Source: Bacteroidales bacterium
GTDB taxonomy: Bacteria; Bacteroidota; Bacteroidia; Bacteroidales; ML635J-15
NCBI GenBank assembly: GCA_028702535.1
Contig: JAQVOR010000001.1
Location: 11,470 to 75,469 of the forward strand
Direction of reading: 5' to 3'
Length of the DNA stretch: 64,000 bases
This document shows, piece after piece, positions 36,726-46,525 of this stretch. The notes below the pieces were generated by a model that did no database searches, had not been told where the DNA came from, and saw only the letters and a list, made by a program, of their open reading frames with translations. The position numbers were made by a program, and so were the translations under genes. Positions within the stretch are counted from its first letter, which is position 1. Each line of letters opens with the position of its first letter.

Positions 36726-38507
36726 ATGAAAAATAGTTTTTTGAAATATACTTTGGCAACAATTGTTGGAAGTATTATCACGTTTGCCGTGATTTTTGGT
36801 ATTATGTTTGGAGTTTTCTCAGCGATTGTAGCCGGTTTCGGTGATGATGAAGTTGTTGTAAAAAACAATTCTGTGTTAAAAATGACATTGTCATCAGAGA
36901 TTCCTGATAAAACTTCTGATAGTCCATTTGATAATATTGACTTTATGTCTTTCTCAACAAAAAAATCTCTTGGGCTAAATGACATATTAAAGACAATTGA
37001 AAAAGCTAAAAAAGACGATAGAATTAAAGGGATTTTCTTAGAGCTTAGCGGTCTTCCTGCAGGAATGGCAAGTCTCGAAGAGATAAGAAATAAACTTATC
37101 GACTTTAAGTCTGACGGCAAATTTATTATTTGTTATTCATCTATGTACACTCAAAAAGCATATTATCTAGCTTCTATCGCTGATAAAATCTACATGACTC
37201 CTATGGGAGCAATAGAGTGGAAAGGTTTAGCCAGTCAGGTTATGTTTTACAAAGGAGCTCTCGAAAAACTTGGCATAGAAGCACAAATTTTTCGTCATGG
37301 ACAATTCAAATCGGCTGTAGAACCATTTATGAGCGACAAAATGAGTGAAGCAAGTAAACTTCAATCAATTACACTTATACAAAGCATCTGGGACGATATT
37401 TGCACAAAAGTTTCAAAAGAAAAAAATATTGATATTGCTGAGTTGAATATGTTCGCAGACAGTATGCTAATTTACAGTCCAGAAACAGCTCTCAAATATG
37501 GTTTTATAGACGGGATAAAATATTACGATGAGGTTCTTGCAGAGCTTGAAAAAGAAAGTGGTGTTACAGAAAAAGACAAAGATGATTATATTATCGGCAT
37601 TTCAAATTACAGTAAGGCAGGACTTAAAAAAGAAAAAAAGAACAGTTCTACTAACAAAATCGCAGTAATCTTTGCAGAAGGCGACATTGTGGATGGTGCA
37701 AAAGCTGATGGAAGTATTGCTGGAGACTGGATGGCAAATATTATTCGCGACGCTCGTGAAGATGATGATGTAAAAGCGGTTGTACTAAGAGTAAACTCTC
37801 CTGGAGGCTCTGGTCTAGCAAGTGAAATAATATGGAGAGAAGTAGAACTAACTAATAAAGTAAAACCTGTTGTTGTATCAATGGGTAATCTTGCTGCATC
37901 GGGCGGATATTATATTTCGTGTCCTGCTAAGTACATTTTTGCTCAACCTAATACTATTACTGGCTCAATCGGAGTTTTTGGAATGATTCCTAACTTAGAA
38001 AAACTAATGACTGATAAACTTGGAATTACAATAGACGGTGTGAAAACTAATAATTTTTCCGATTATGGCTCAATTATGCGAGCTTTTACTCCCGAAGAAG
38101 GTGCACTTATCCAAAAACAAATAGAAGATTTTTATGATGTATTTATTGGTCGAGTTGCTGATGGAAGAGAAATGACGAAAGCACAAGTCGATTCTATTGG
38201 ACAAGGTCGTGTGTGGAGCGGAGTAAATGCTTTAGAAATTGGTCTTGTTGATGAAATTGGTGGACTAGACGATGCAGTAAATAAAGCCGTAAGCCTTGCT
38301 GCCGTAGAAGATAATTACCGCATTTGGGAATATCCCGAAAAAGAAGATTTTATGCAGAAAATTATGGCAAGCACTTCAGCTAGCATATCCGAAAACTTAA
38401 TTAAAGAAACCCTTGGAGAAAACTATAAATTTTATCAACTTCTTGAAGATGTAAAGAAACTTAAAGGAATTCAGGCTAGAATGCCATACGTTATTGAAAT
38501 TTACTAA
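36726..38507 (+). CDS. sppA: Signal peptide peptidase SppA, 67K type
   Basis: 593-aa ORF with an N-terminal transmembrane segment and two ClpP/crotonase-like halves. The Ser region reads MGNLAASGGYYIS. Confidence 0.85.
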   Translation: MKNSFLKYTLATIVGSIITFAVIFGIMFGVFSAIVAGFGDDEVVVKNNSVLKMTLSSEIPDKTSDSPFDNIDFMSFSTKKSLGLNDILKTIEKAKKDDRIKGIFLELSGLPAGMASLEEIRNKLIDFKSDGKFIICYSSMYTQKAYYLASIADKIYMTPMGAIEWKGLASQVMFYKGALEKLGIEAQIFRHGQFKSAVEPFMSDKMSEASKLQSITLIQSIWDDICTKVSKEKNIDIAELNMFADSMLIYSPETALKYGFIDGIKYYDEVLAELEKESGVTEKDKDDYIIGISNYSKAGLKKEKKNSSTNKIAVIFAEGDIVDGAKADGSIAGDWMANIIRDAREDDDVKAVVLRVNSPGGSGLASEIIWREVELTNKVKPVVVSMGNLAASGGYYISCPAKYIFAQPNTITGSIGVFGMIPNLEKLMTDKLGITIDGVKTNNFSDYGSIMRAFTPEEGALIQKQIEDFYDVFIGRVADGREMTKAQVDSIGQGRVWSGVNALEIGLVDEIGGLDDAVNKAVSLAAVEDNYRIWEYPEKEDFMQKIMASTSASISENLIKETLGENYKFYQLLEDVKKLKGIQARMPYVIEIY

Positions 38508-38534
38508 TTGATACTATAATAAATCAAATTATAT

Positions 38535-38567
38535 AATCCGCCAATGTATGTTGGCGGATTTTTTTGT
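38535..38567 (+). terminator. Intrinsic terminator after sppA
   Basis: AATCCGCCAA (38535-44), TGTATG loop, TTGGCGGATT (38551-60), running into a T-run that ends at 38566. Confidence 0.85.
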
Positions 38568-38695
38568 TTAGATTATTAGAAAATAAGGAAGTTGCAAAAT
38601 CTCAGATGCTTTATAAAAATCATAAATTTGAGTGAGTAAAATAAGATTTGGGTTCTAAATTTAAGCGAGTAAGCAAAATAAAAAACTGTTTATGT

Positions 38696-38911
38696 CCCTT
38701 CGATAAAAACTCACTACATCGCAGGATATCTACGCTGGACAAAATAACAATTTGGTATAATTATTTTTAATGATATTTAAGCCCTCTTACGGGCTATGAA
38801 AATAATCATTATCTTACTGGCTCGCTCGCTCGGATTTAGCTTTGCTGCAATGTAGTGCGATGTAGTGCGTCTGTCGAACTGAACCTGTCAAAGTGAATTT
38901 ATCGAAGTGAG
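38696..38911. repeat. Imperfect terminal-inverted-repeat element (MITE-like or decayed element end)
   Basis: - The left arm CCCTTCGATAAAAACTCACTACATCGCAGG (38696-38725) is mirrored on the right.
- The right-arm matches are CTGCAATGTAGTGCGATGTAGTGCG (38845-69, with an internal 11-nt tandem duplication) and GTGAATTTATCGAAGTGAG (38893-911).
- A central hairpin reads AGCCC-TCTTAC-GGGCT (38780-95). Confidence 0.4.
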
Positions 38912-38970
38912 ACTTTCCATCATTCGCTTTTAAAGAATAATCAATTTTGTAGTTTTGTGGTCCTTACTGA

Positions 38971-39930
38971 TTTGCGAATAGATCAGGAGTGCTGAGATTG
39001 GACGTTCGTTTTCAAGATGAAACTGTTTGGTTGACACAAGAGCAAATTGCACAGCTTTTTGGTAAAGCCAAATCAACAATAAACGAGCATATAAAAAATA
39101 TTTTTAACGAAGGAGCGCTCGTAGAAAACGAAGTTTTACAGAAATTCGGAATTTCCGAATTTCAACAAAAAGTACCAATTCATTATAATCTCGATATTAT
39201 TATTTCAGTTGGTTATCGAGTAAAGTCTCCACAAGGAACACAATTTCGTATTTGGGCAACAAAGCGCATACACGAATACATAGTCAAAGGTTTTACTATG
39301 GACGATGAACGCCTAAAACAAAACGGAGTCCGCTCACGATATTTCGAGGAACTTTTACAAAGAATCAGAGATATTCGAAGCAGTGAACGAAATTTTTACC
39401 AGAAAGTAACAGATATATATGCCACAAGTATTGACTGTAAAAATGATGATGAGCAAACAAAGCTTTTTTTTGCTACCGTTCAAAATAAAATGCACTATGC
39501 AGTTCATGGATTGACCGCAGCAGAAATGATAAAAAAAACAGAGTTGATGCATCCAAACCATTTCTTGGATTAACGAACATTAAAGGGAATTACATCACTC
39601 AAAAAGATCTTGGATTGCCAAAAATTATCTCACGAAGGACGAATTAAAACAATTGAACTTAATTGTTACTCTATATCTTGATTTTGTTGAATTACAGGCT
39701 ACAAATGGACGATTCATGAAAATGAATGACTGGATTCAGAAATTGGATGACTTTTTAAAAATCAGAGAAAAAGAGTTATTGAAAAATGCAGGAAGTGTAA
39801 GTCATAAACAAGCTATTGAAAAGCAAATAATCAATACAAAAAATATAGAGAAACTGAGGATAAAAAATATATTTCTGACTTTGATAGAGAGATGAATAAA
39901 CTAATAAAAGAAAATAAGAAGGAAAAATAA
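38971..39930 (+). pseudogene. RhuM-family (virulence-protein-like) gene, decayed: N-terminus missing and at least three frameshifts
   Basis: RhuM-like sequence is spread over all three forward frames:
- ...RLDVRFQDETVWLTQEQIAQLFGK...YRVKSPQGTQFRIWATK... in frame 1, to 39573
- GLTNIKGNYITQKDL in frame 3
- AKNYLTKDELKQLNLIVTLYLDFVELQA... in frame 2, to 39895
- KKYISDFDREMNKLIKENKKEK* back in frame 1, ending at 39930. Confidence 0.8.
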
Positions 39931-39970
39931 TCGAACTCAAACTAAAAACCTGAGGTTAATATTTCAAACA

Positions 39971-40011
39971 AAAGGGGCTTACAAAACGAAAATATCTTTT
40001 GTAAGCCCTTT
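39971..40011. terminator. Bidirectional terminator between the rhuM pseudogene and the hotdog gene
   Basis: A 12-bp stem pairs GGGCTTACAAAA (39975-86) with TTTTGTAAGCCC (39997-40008). It is T-rich on the plus side after the stem and reads UUUUGUUUG after the stem on the minus strand. Confidence 0.75.
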
Positions 40012-40074
40012 AATAATTTCTACAATAATTTAGCCTATTACCTTATCAATTACATAGTGTCCGCAAAAACCGAG

Positions 40075-40482
40075 TTAAGCCTCTAGTCCTACTTGTCTCT
40101 TTCTCTGTAATTTTACTGGCACTACGCAGGTTCCTGAAGCACGGCAAACCACTACTGGTTCTTCAAGAACATCCGCTGCGGAATCAGAAATATCTGTGCG
40201 AGTCTGAATTACTTTTCTCGCTTCAAAAATCATTTTGCGCGAAGAGTTTCCGATCTTCGTAATTTCGCCCACTGCTTCAATAAAATCACCCGCATAAACA
40301 GGTGCTAAAAACTCCACATTGTCGTAGGATACGAAAAGACCTTCGTTACCATCGTGATTAATAAGCAATTCGGTTGCCACATCTCCAAAAAGTTCGAGCA
40401 TTGTAGCTCCATCCACTAAATTACCTCCATAATGAACATCTTTATAGCTCATTCTTAAACGAATCATTGATTTTAATTTCAT
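40075..40482 (-). CDS. Hotdog-fold protein resembling 3-aminobutyryl-CoA ammonia-lyase (Kal) of the lysine-fermentation pathway
   Basis: The ATG at 40482 gives [74 protein letters not shown]... Its size (~135 aa) and N-terminal pattern match what I remember of Kal-type hotdog proteins. No search was run to confirm this. Confidence 0.55.
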   Translation of the reverse strand: MKLKSMIRLRMSYKDVHYGGNLVDGATMLELFGDVATELLINHDGNEGLFVSYDNVEFLAPVYAGDFIEAVGEITKIGNSSRKMIFEARKVIQTRTDISDSAADVLEEPVVVCRASGTCVVPVKLQRKRQVGLEA

Positions 40483-40657
40483 AATATATATAATTTTATA
40501 ATTTTTAATTTTCACTATTTATCGCCTTTCAAAACTGTATCTCAATTATCAGTTTTTTAAACTCTATCGTATGCCAAGTAATCTATCGTAACAAAGCAAT
40601 GACATCACAATAAAGTGATACTACCAAATTAATTGAGTTTTCAGTCCAAGGTTTTCT

Positions 40658-41659
40658 CTATACCAGTTCTTTTGCAAGTCTATCAGTAAGCAGCGGAATA
40701 ACTTGCGTTACATCGCCCACAATACCAATATCAGCGACATCAAAAATTGGTGCAAACTTATCTTTGTTTACCGCAATAATAAAGTCGGATTCTTCCATTC
40801 CTGCCAAATGCTGAATTGCTCCAGAAATTCCAAAAGCAAAATATAAATCGGGACGCACAGTTTTTCCAGTTTGTCCAACTTGACGTTCTTGAGTTACAAT
40901 TCCAGCATCAACAATTGCACGTGAAGCAGAAACTTCAGCATTCAATATTTTTGCTAGTGATTGTAATTTATCAAATCCTTCTTTAGATCCAACTCCTCTA
41001 CCACCAGAGATTAAAATTTTGGCTTCAGTAATGTCAACCTTTCCTTTGTCTTCTTTTACATTTTCGAGTATTCTTACTTTAAATTTAGATTTATCGAAAA
41101 CAGGTTTAAAGTTAATTACATTTCCTTTTTTACTCTCTTGGCGATCTGCTTTTTGCATCACACCAGGCCGAACAGTTGACATTTGCGGACGATGATTAGC
41201 ACAGGTAATAGTTGCCATCAGATTACCTCCAAATGCAGGACGTGTCATCATTAGTTCACCCTCTTCCGAAATATCTAAGCGAGTACAATCGGCCGTTAAA
41301 CCAGTTTCTGCTCTAGCCGATAGTCTTGGACCCAAATCCCTACCAATTGTAGTAGCACCAATAAGAACAATACTAGGCTTAAATTCACTTATTGCCTGAA
41401 ATATTGCCTGCGAATATTGCTCAGTTAAATAATCTTTTAATTCTGGTTCATCGATACAAATAACTTCATCTGCACCATATTCTACCAAGATTTGACTTTG
41501 ATTACTGATATTGTAACCCGAAAATAGGGCAACAACTTTTTCGTTTAATACATCTGCCAATTGTCGAGCTTTACCCAACAATTCCAAAGCCACGGGCTGA
41601 ATGTTTCCATCTCTTTGTTCGATGAAAACACATATATTTTTATAAATTGATTTATCCAT
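40658..41659 (-). CDS. etfA: Electron transfer flavoprotein alpha subunit
   Basis: 333-aa ORF with the C-terminal FAD-binding region ...ISGGRGVG...VGQTGKTVRPDLYFAFGISGAIQHLAGM... Confidence 0.9.
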   Translation of the reverse strand: MDKSIYKNICVFIEQRDGNIQPVALELLGKARQLADVLNEKVVALFSGYNISNQSQILVEYGADEVICIDEPELKDYLTEQYSQAIFQAISEFKPSIVLIGATTIGRDLGPRLSARAETGLTADCTRLDISEEGELMMTRPAFGGNLMATITCANHRPQMSTVRPGVMQKADRQESKKGNVINFKPVFDKSKFKVRILENVKEDKGKVDITEAKILISGGRGVGSKEGFDKLQSLAKILNAEVSASRAIVDAGIVTQERQVGQTGKTVRPDLYFAFGISGAIQHLAGMEESDFIIAVNKDKFAPIFDVADIGIVGDVTQVIPLLTDRLAKELV

Positions 41660-41678
41660 GTTTTTTTACTTAGGTAAG

Positions 41679-42461
41679 TTAAATAATAAATTTTTCTTTT
41701 AATTTGCTAATTATAATTCCAACAGCCTCTTCTGCTTCGACTTCAAAAACTTCACCAGCACCTTTACGTCCTTTAGTGAATGATTTTTTAACTCTTGTTG
41801 GTGAACCCTTGAGACCGAGTTTTTCTTCATCAACATTAATTTTATCGGCACCCCATACTTCTACCTCTTTATCGAAAGCGGTAATAATACCAGCAACAGT
41901 CATATACCGAGCTTTATTTGCGGTTGACAAAACAGTAAGTACACAAGGCATTTCGACCTCAAGTAATTGGTAGCCTTCTTCGGTTTCTTTTTTGATTGTC
42001 AGCAAATTATTTTGATTATTTTTCAAATTAGCAACATAAGAAACCTGCGGCAACTGTAGATGCTCGGCCATTTGAGGTCCCACTTGTGCTGTATCGCCAT
42101 CAATAGCCTGACGACCTGCAATAATTAAATCATAATCGAGGCGGCGTAATGCTCCTGCTAGTGCGTTAGAAGTAGCCAATGTATCTGCACCTGCAAATTT
42201 GCGGTCGGTTAATAATATTGCACGATCCGCACCCATTGCGTAAGCTTCCCGAAGAATAGTTTCGGCCTGAGGTGGTCCCATAGTAATTACTGTAATATGG
42301 GCATTATATTCGTCTTTTAGTCGTAAAGCCATTTCTAATCCACCTTTATCATCGGGATTCATAATACTTTCAACACCAGTTCTAATCATTGTTCCAGTTT
42401 CTGGATTGATTTTAATTTCGGTGGTATTGGGTACTTGTTTGATACAAACTATTATTTTCAT
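41679..42461 (-). CDS. etfB: Electron transfer flavoprotein beta subunit
   Basis: 260-aa ORF: MKIIVCIKQVPNTTEIKINPETG...IMNPDDKGGLE...GRQAIDGDTAQVGP. It closely resembles clostridial-type EtfB. Confidence 0.9.
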   Translation of the reverse strand: MKIIVCIKQVPNTTEIKINPETGTMIRTGVESIMNPDDKGGLEMALRLKDEYNAHITVITMGPPQAETILREAYAMGADRAILLTDRKFAGADTLATSNALAGALRRLDYDLIIAGRQAIDGDTAQVGPQMAEHLQLPQVSYVANLKNNQNNLLTIKKETEEGYQLLEVEMPCVLTVLSTANKARYMTVAGIITAFDKEVEVWGADKINVDEEKLGLKGSPTRVKKSFTKGRKGAGEVFEVEAEEAVGIIISKLKEKFII

Positions 42462-42527
42462 TTTTTCTTAATTTTCTAAATTCGATATTGTTGTTTCTTG
42501 ATTTTCACAATCAAAGTCCAGCTTGAT

Positions 42528-43667
42528 TTATTTGAAAAGTTTCGCAGCAATTACCATGCGTTGCACTTCAGAAGTTCCTTCATAAATTTCGGTAATTTTA
42601 GCATCACGCATCATTCGTTCTACAGGATATTCTCGTGTATATCCATATCCACCGTGAAATTGAACTGCCTTTGTAGTTACTTCCATAGCAACTTTAGAGG
42701 CAAAAAGTTTACACATAGCCGCATCAACTGCATACGGGAGATTCTCATCTTTTTTATATGCCGCTGCTCTTACTAACAAACGTGCAGCCTGAACTTTCGT
42801 TTCCATATCTGCCATTTGAAACTGTGTATTTTGAAATGCGGAAATAGGTCTTCCAAATTGTTTACGTTCTTTGGTGTATTTAATTGTTTCGTCCATTGCT
42901 CCTTGAGCAATTCCTAAGGCCTGTGCAGCAATTCCGATACGTCCACCATCAAGAGTTTTCATAGCAATTCCAAAACCTTTTCCGATAGCTCCTAAAAGAT
43001 TTTCCTTAGGTATTTCGCAATTTTCGAAAATCAGCTCGCAAGTAGAAGAACCTCTAATTCCTAACTTTTTCTCTTCTTTACCAATGCTAAATCCTGGAGT
43101 ATTTCTTTCAACAATAAATGCTGAAATTCCTCTAGTTCCTAACGATTTGTCTGTCATTGCCATTATAATAAATATATCAGCATGCCCAGCATTAGTAATA
43201 AAGATTTTAGATCCGTTTAAAACCCATTTATCACCAGCATCAACTGCAAAAGTTTGTTGCATTGCAGCATCAGTACCGGCATTAGGTTCGGTTAGTCCAA
43301 AAGCTCCAAGCCACTTACCACTGCACAATTTTGGCAGATATTTTATTTTTTGCTCTTCGTTACCATTTTCCAAAATCGGAGAGACACACAATGAAGTGTG
43401 AGCAGAAAGAATTACACCAGTTGTTCCACATGCACGAGACACCTCCTCAACTGCCAGGCTGTATAATTGATTTGTGCCTCCTTGCCCACCATATTGTACT
43501 GGAACAGGAATTCCCATCAAGCCAACTTCGCCCATTTTATCAACCGTTTCAACAGGAAATCTTTCTTCCTCATCAATTTCGGCCGCTAATGGTTTAACTT
43601 CATTATCCACAAAATTTTTAATCATTTGCAGAAAAAGTTTTTCTCTATTTGTTAAGCTAAAATCCAT
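42528..43667 (-). CDS. bcd: Short-chain acyl-CoA (butyryl-CoA) dehydrogenase
   Basis: 379-aa ORF, collinear with clostridial Bcd from start to end (...GLTEPNAGTD...TLDGGRIGIAAQALGIA...YPVERMMRDAKITEIYEGTSEVQ). It is followed by etfB and etfA. Confidence 0.9.
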   Translation of the reverse strand: MDFSLTNREKLFLQMIKNFVDNEVKPLAAEIDEEERFPVETVDKMGEVGLMGIPVPVQYGGQGGTNQLYSLAVEEVSRACGTTGVILSAHTSLCVSPILENGNEEQKIKYLPKLCSGKWLGAFGLTEPNAGTDAAMQQTFAVDAGDKWVLNGSKIFITNAGHADIFIIMAMTDKSLGTRGISAFIVERNTPGFSIGKEEKKLGIRGSSTCELIFENCEIPKENLLGAIGKGFGIAMKTLDGGRIGIAAQALGIAQGAMDETIKYTKERKQFGRPISAFQNTQFQMADMETKVQAARLLVRAAAYKKDENLPYAVDAAMCKLFASKVAMEVTTKAVQFHGGYGYTREYPVERMMRDAKITEIYEGTSEVQRMVIAAKLFK

Positions 43668-43989
43668 AATAATTGATTACTATTATTTAATTTATATAAT
43701 ATTTTTTATGCATAAATCCTTTTCACAAAAATAACAATTTTTCCTCAATAAATGGTGTAAAAGTCTTAAAAACAGAGTGTTTAATAGCATAATTTCCTCA
43801 GAAAATAACATAAAAAACGCAAAGTAAGTTCAAAACTCAAGTTCTTACACAAAAAAAGTTGAGAAAACTATATTGGCACAATAATGAGAGCGAGTAAATC
43901 TTTAGGAATTAAGAGATAAAAAAACAAAATGAATGCGGTTCGTTTACGCACAAGCTAAGTGAGTTAAAGCTTGGATTTGCTTACAGGCA

Positions 43990-45018
43990 CTAATTACAAA
44001 GCACCCACAAAGATTGATTTCCAGTTTTATTACGTAATGATTGTAGTTCAGCAATAGCAACAGAATTTTCAGGGAAACTTTTAACTGCAACTCTGTACAT
44101 ACCATTATTGACAGGTAATACTTGTGAGCTAAAACCAGAGTTTATAAGCTTCTGTTTATAGTTATCAGCATTTGTAATATTGGCAAAACTACCGCCAATC
44201 ACATGAACATTAAAACTACTGGTATTATCAATAATTGTAGTCTCAACAGTTTCAGATTCAACAGTTTCAATCTCTGTATCGGCAGCAAAATCGTTTTCAA
44301 GTGCTACATCTTCGGCAATTTCTATTATTGAGTTATCAGCAGGGATTGAAGTGTTTTCAGTTTCAGAAGAATTACTATTTGTGAGTAATTCAACAGGCAC
44401 GATATTAGCATTTTGATGTAGAGCTTGTTTTTCGAGTCTAATCAAATCGAATTGAAATGCGATAACAATTAAGCCTGCAATTACGGCTACTGCAGAAGAG
44501 TAAAATATTGCTGGACTAATACGTCTTTTCTTTTTATTGGTTTTTGCCTCTTTAGATTTCGATAATATCACTTGTTTTTGTATCGCAATACCTTTTTTGC
44601 CCGTTTTAAGCATCGGGAAGTTAAATCTTTTTAAGCCAAAGGAGTTTTCTAATAAGTTTTGGTCAGCACAAGGAACAAAAACTATAGTATTATCTCTAAT
44701 AATAAACTCACCAATATTATCAAATTTTAAATATTTATTGTCTTGTAATACTTTATTAAGCTCATTAACAAAATCATTAACGTGGTTTTCTGCCTCTTTC
44801 CACTCAATATTATATTCACGTGTAAGGTAGTTTATCAACAACCCATCATTGTTTTTCAACTCACGGTTAAAAGCAATCTTTTTTACCGGAGGATAAAATT
44901 CTTGATTAGATAAATCAATTTTTGCTTCGAAATAATTGCACACAAAACCACCAAATTCGGGGATTATAACACAATCATTTTCTTTAATAAGCTGATATAC
45001 AAGGTTATATAAATTCAT
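43990..45018 (-). CDS. HU-like (HU-CCDC81-type) N-terminal domains + TM + C-terminal SPOR domain protein
   Basis: 342-aa ORF with N-terminal ...VIIPEFGGFVCNY... and ...IGEFIIRDNTIVFVP repeats and a central transmembrane helix. The C-terminal part is SPOR-like (FNVHVIGGSFANITNADNYKQKL...YRVAVKSF). Confidence 0.65.
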   Translation of the reverse strand: MNLYNLVYQLIKENDCVIIPEFGGFVCNYFEAKIDLSNQEFYPPVKKIAFNRELKNNDGLLINYLTREYNIEWKEAENHVNDFVNELNKVLQDNKYLKFDNIGEFIIRDNTIVFVPCADQNLLENSFGLKRFNFPMLKTGKKGIAIQKQVILSKSKEAKTNKKKRRISPAIFYSSAVAVIAGLIVIAFQFDLIRLEKQALHQNANIVPVELLTNSNSSETENTSIPADNSIIEIAEDVALENDFAADTEIETVESETVETTIIDNTSSFNVHVIGGSFANITNADNYKQKLINSGFSSQVLPVNNGMYRVAVKSFPENSVAIAELQSLRNKTGNQSLWVLCN

Positions 45019-45056
45019 TAACTAAAATCTTTTGAAATGTAAATATACAATATTTT

Positions 45057-46487
45057 TTATAATTCTACAATAATAATTTCGACACGACGGTTTAAACGTC
45101 TTCCTTGTTCAGATTCGTTATCTGCTACTGGGACTTGATTTCCAAACCCCCTATATTTTAATCCTGATTTATCAAGTCCTTTTGCAATAAGGTAATCATA
45201 AACTGCGGCAGCTCTTTTTACAGATAAAGTTTTATTATAAGAATTACTTCCAACATTATCAGTATGTCCTCTTATTTCAATTCTCAAACTGGGTTTAGCT
45301 GTAATAATCTCAAACAATCTGTCTAACTCTGTAAACGATGCTGTTAATAGTTCTGATGAATTAAATTCAAAAAATATCCTATTAAGATTAAACTTATCAC
45401 CAATTTTTGCTTCATTAAAAGCCACATCAGTAATTTCGGTCTCTTTCATATCTAAAAAAGATAAGCCTGAGTGTAAATTTTCTCCATTATTATCATTGCC
45501 ACCGTTGCTACCATCGCCATCAGAACTATCGCCCAAATTTCCGTTTGCATCATCTCCATTATTTTGGTTTGTTCCATTGTTTATGGAGGTATTACCATTG
45601 TTAAGTCTATCGTCATCATCATTACCACTACTATTATCATTTGGTGATCTGCCATCTGCTAACAAACTAAGGTCAAGGCTATTATATCCAGTTTCGGGGT
45701 CATAATTATCAGCCATCCAATCAGAGCCAAACGAAAGATCGTTGAGACAACCGCATTCAAAAGGATTTTCTATTTCAAAAACTCTAACATCATCAATATA
45801 ATAATAAGCATAAATAAAGTTTGTATCAGTTGCGTCAGTATTGTTTAACTGATAATTTGTAATTGAATTATCCCAGAAATTACCAATTGTGAGATATTGT
45901 TCATTACCTCTTGCCCTATATGTTCCGCATAGTTCTTGCCAATAATCTTGGTTATCCATAATATGCCCAGGTTTGTTTATTACTTGAGGGCGTTGAATAA
46001 TTAGCCCTGCATCTTTTGTTCCTATTTTTTCTTTTGTAAGGGTAATTCCCATAGCATCAACTGCATACAAAGACTTTAAAGAGTTAGCGTAAAAAAGTTT
46101 TACACAATATAATTTTTCTCGCTTTAAGACTTGAGTCAGTTTGGTTTGAATATACTCTCTCGACACGCCTTTAACAATTTTTGTGGTATCATAAAAAACC
46201 TCTCTAAGAATTATTCCTGCATAAGCTACTCCTTCGGCGGGATAAATACCGCCTGCAAAATTCTCAGGAATACCAGCATCTCCAGGGCTACAGACATGGA
46301 ATTGATCAGGTGTTCCTTTATTTGGATTATACCACTGTGGAAATGGTTTTGAGACAGGTGATTCGGCAAATGAAGAAGGACATGACCACGCATCTTCAAA
46401 ACTATTATTTGGCACAAGGTTTTGGCTTTCAACTATCAAGACGATAGACAAAAACACAAATACTGTGATTATACCTTTAATTTGCAT
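45057..46487 (-). CDS. OmpA-family (peptidoglycan-associating) protein with N-terminal beta-rich domain and Asn/Asp/Gly-rich linker
   Basis: 476-aa ORF with a signal peptide. The C-terminal OmpA_C motif reads ...IRGHTDNVGSNSYNKTLSVKRAAAVYDYL...NRRVEI. Confidence 0.8.
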   Translation of the reverse strand: MQIKGIITVFVFLSIVLIVESQNLVPNNSFEDAWSCPSSFAESPVSKPFPQWYNPNKGTPDQFHVCSPGDAGIPENFAGGIYPAEGVAYAGIILREVFYDTTKIVKGVSREYIQTKLTQVLKREKLYCVKLFYANSLKSLYAVDAMGITLTKEKIGTKDAGLIIQRPQVINKPGHIMDNQDYWQELCGTYRARGNEQYLTIGNFWDNSITNYQLNNTDATDTNFIYAYYYIDDVRVFEIENPFECGCLNDLSFGSDWMADNYDPETGYNSLDLSLLADGRSPNDNSSGNDDDDRLNNGNTSINNGTNQNNGDDANGNLGDSSDGDGSNGGNDNNGENLHSGLSFLDMKETEITDVAFNEAKIGDKFNLNRIFFEFNSSELLTASFTELDRLFEIITAKPSLRIEIRGHTDNVGSNSYNKTLSVKRAAAVYDYLIAKGLDKSGLKYRGFGNQVPVADNESEQGRRLNRRVEIIIVEL

Positions 46488-46525
46488 GCAATTTATTAAG
46501 TCTGAACATCAAAAATTATTTTATT

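Noticed and set aside
36704-37120. 138-aa ORF antisense to the 5-prime end of sppA
   Set aside because: It overlaps the well-supported sppA N-terminus, and its Ser/Ile/Phe-rich composition is typical of a shadow ORF.
38860-38900. Possible tRNA or attachment-site remnant (GGTTCAGTTCGAC on the minus strand)
   Set aside because: No acceptor or T-arm pairing could be built around it, and it does not match the GGTTCGAAT-type T-loop.
40075-43667. Possible compositional (GC) island over bcd-etf
   Set aside because: Hand counts of sample 60-nt stretches gave about 37% GC in bcd and about 43% in murG, so I cannot support any shift. A proper sliding-window or codon-usage analysis would be needed.
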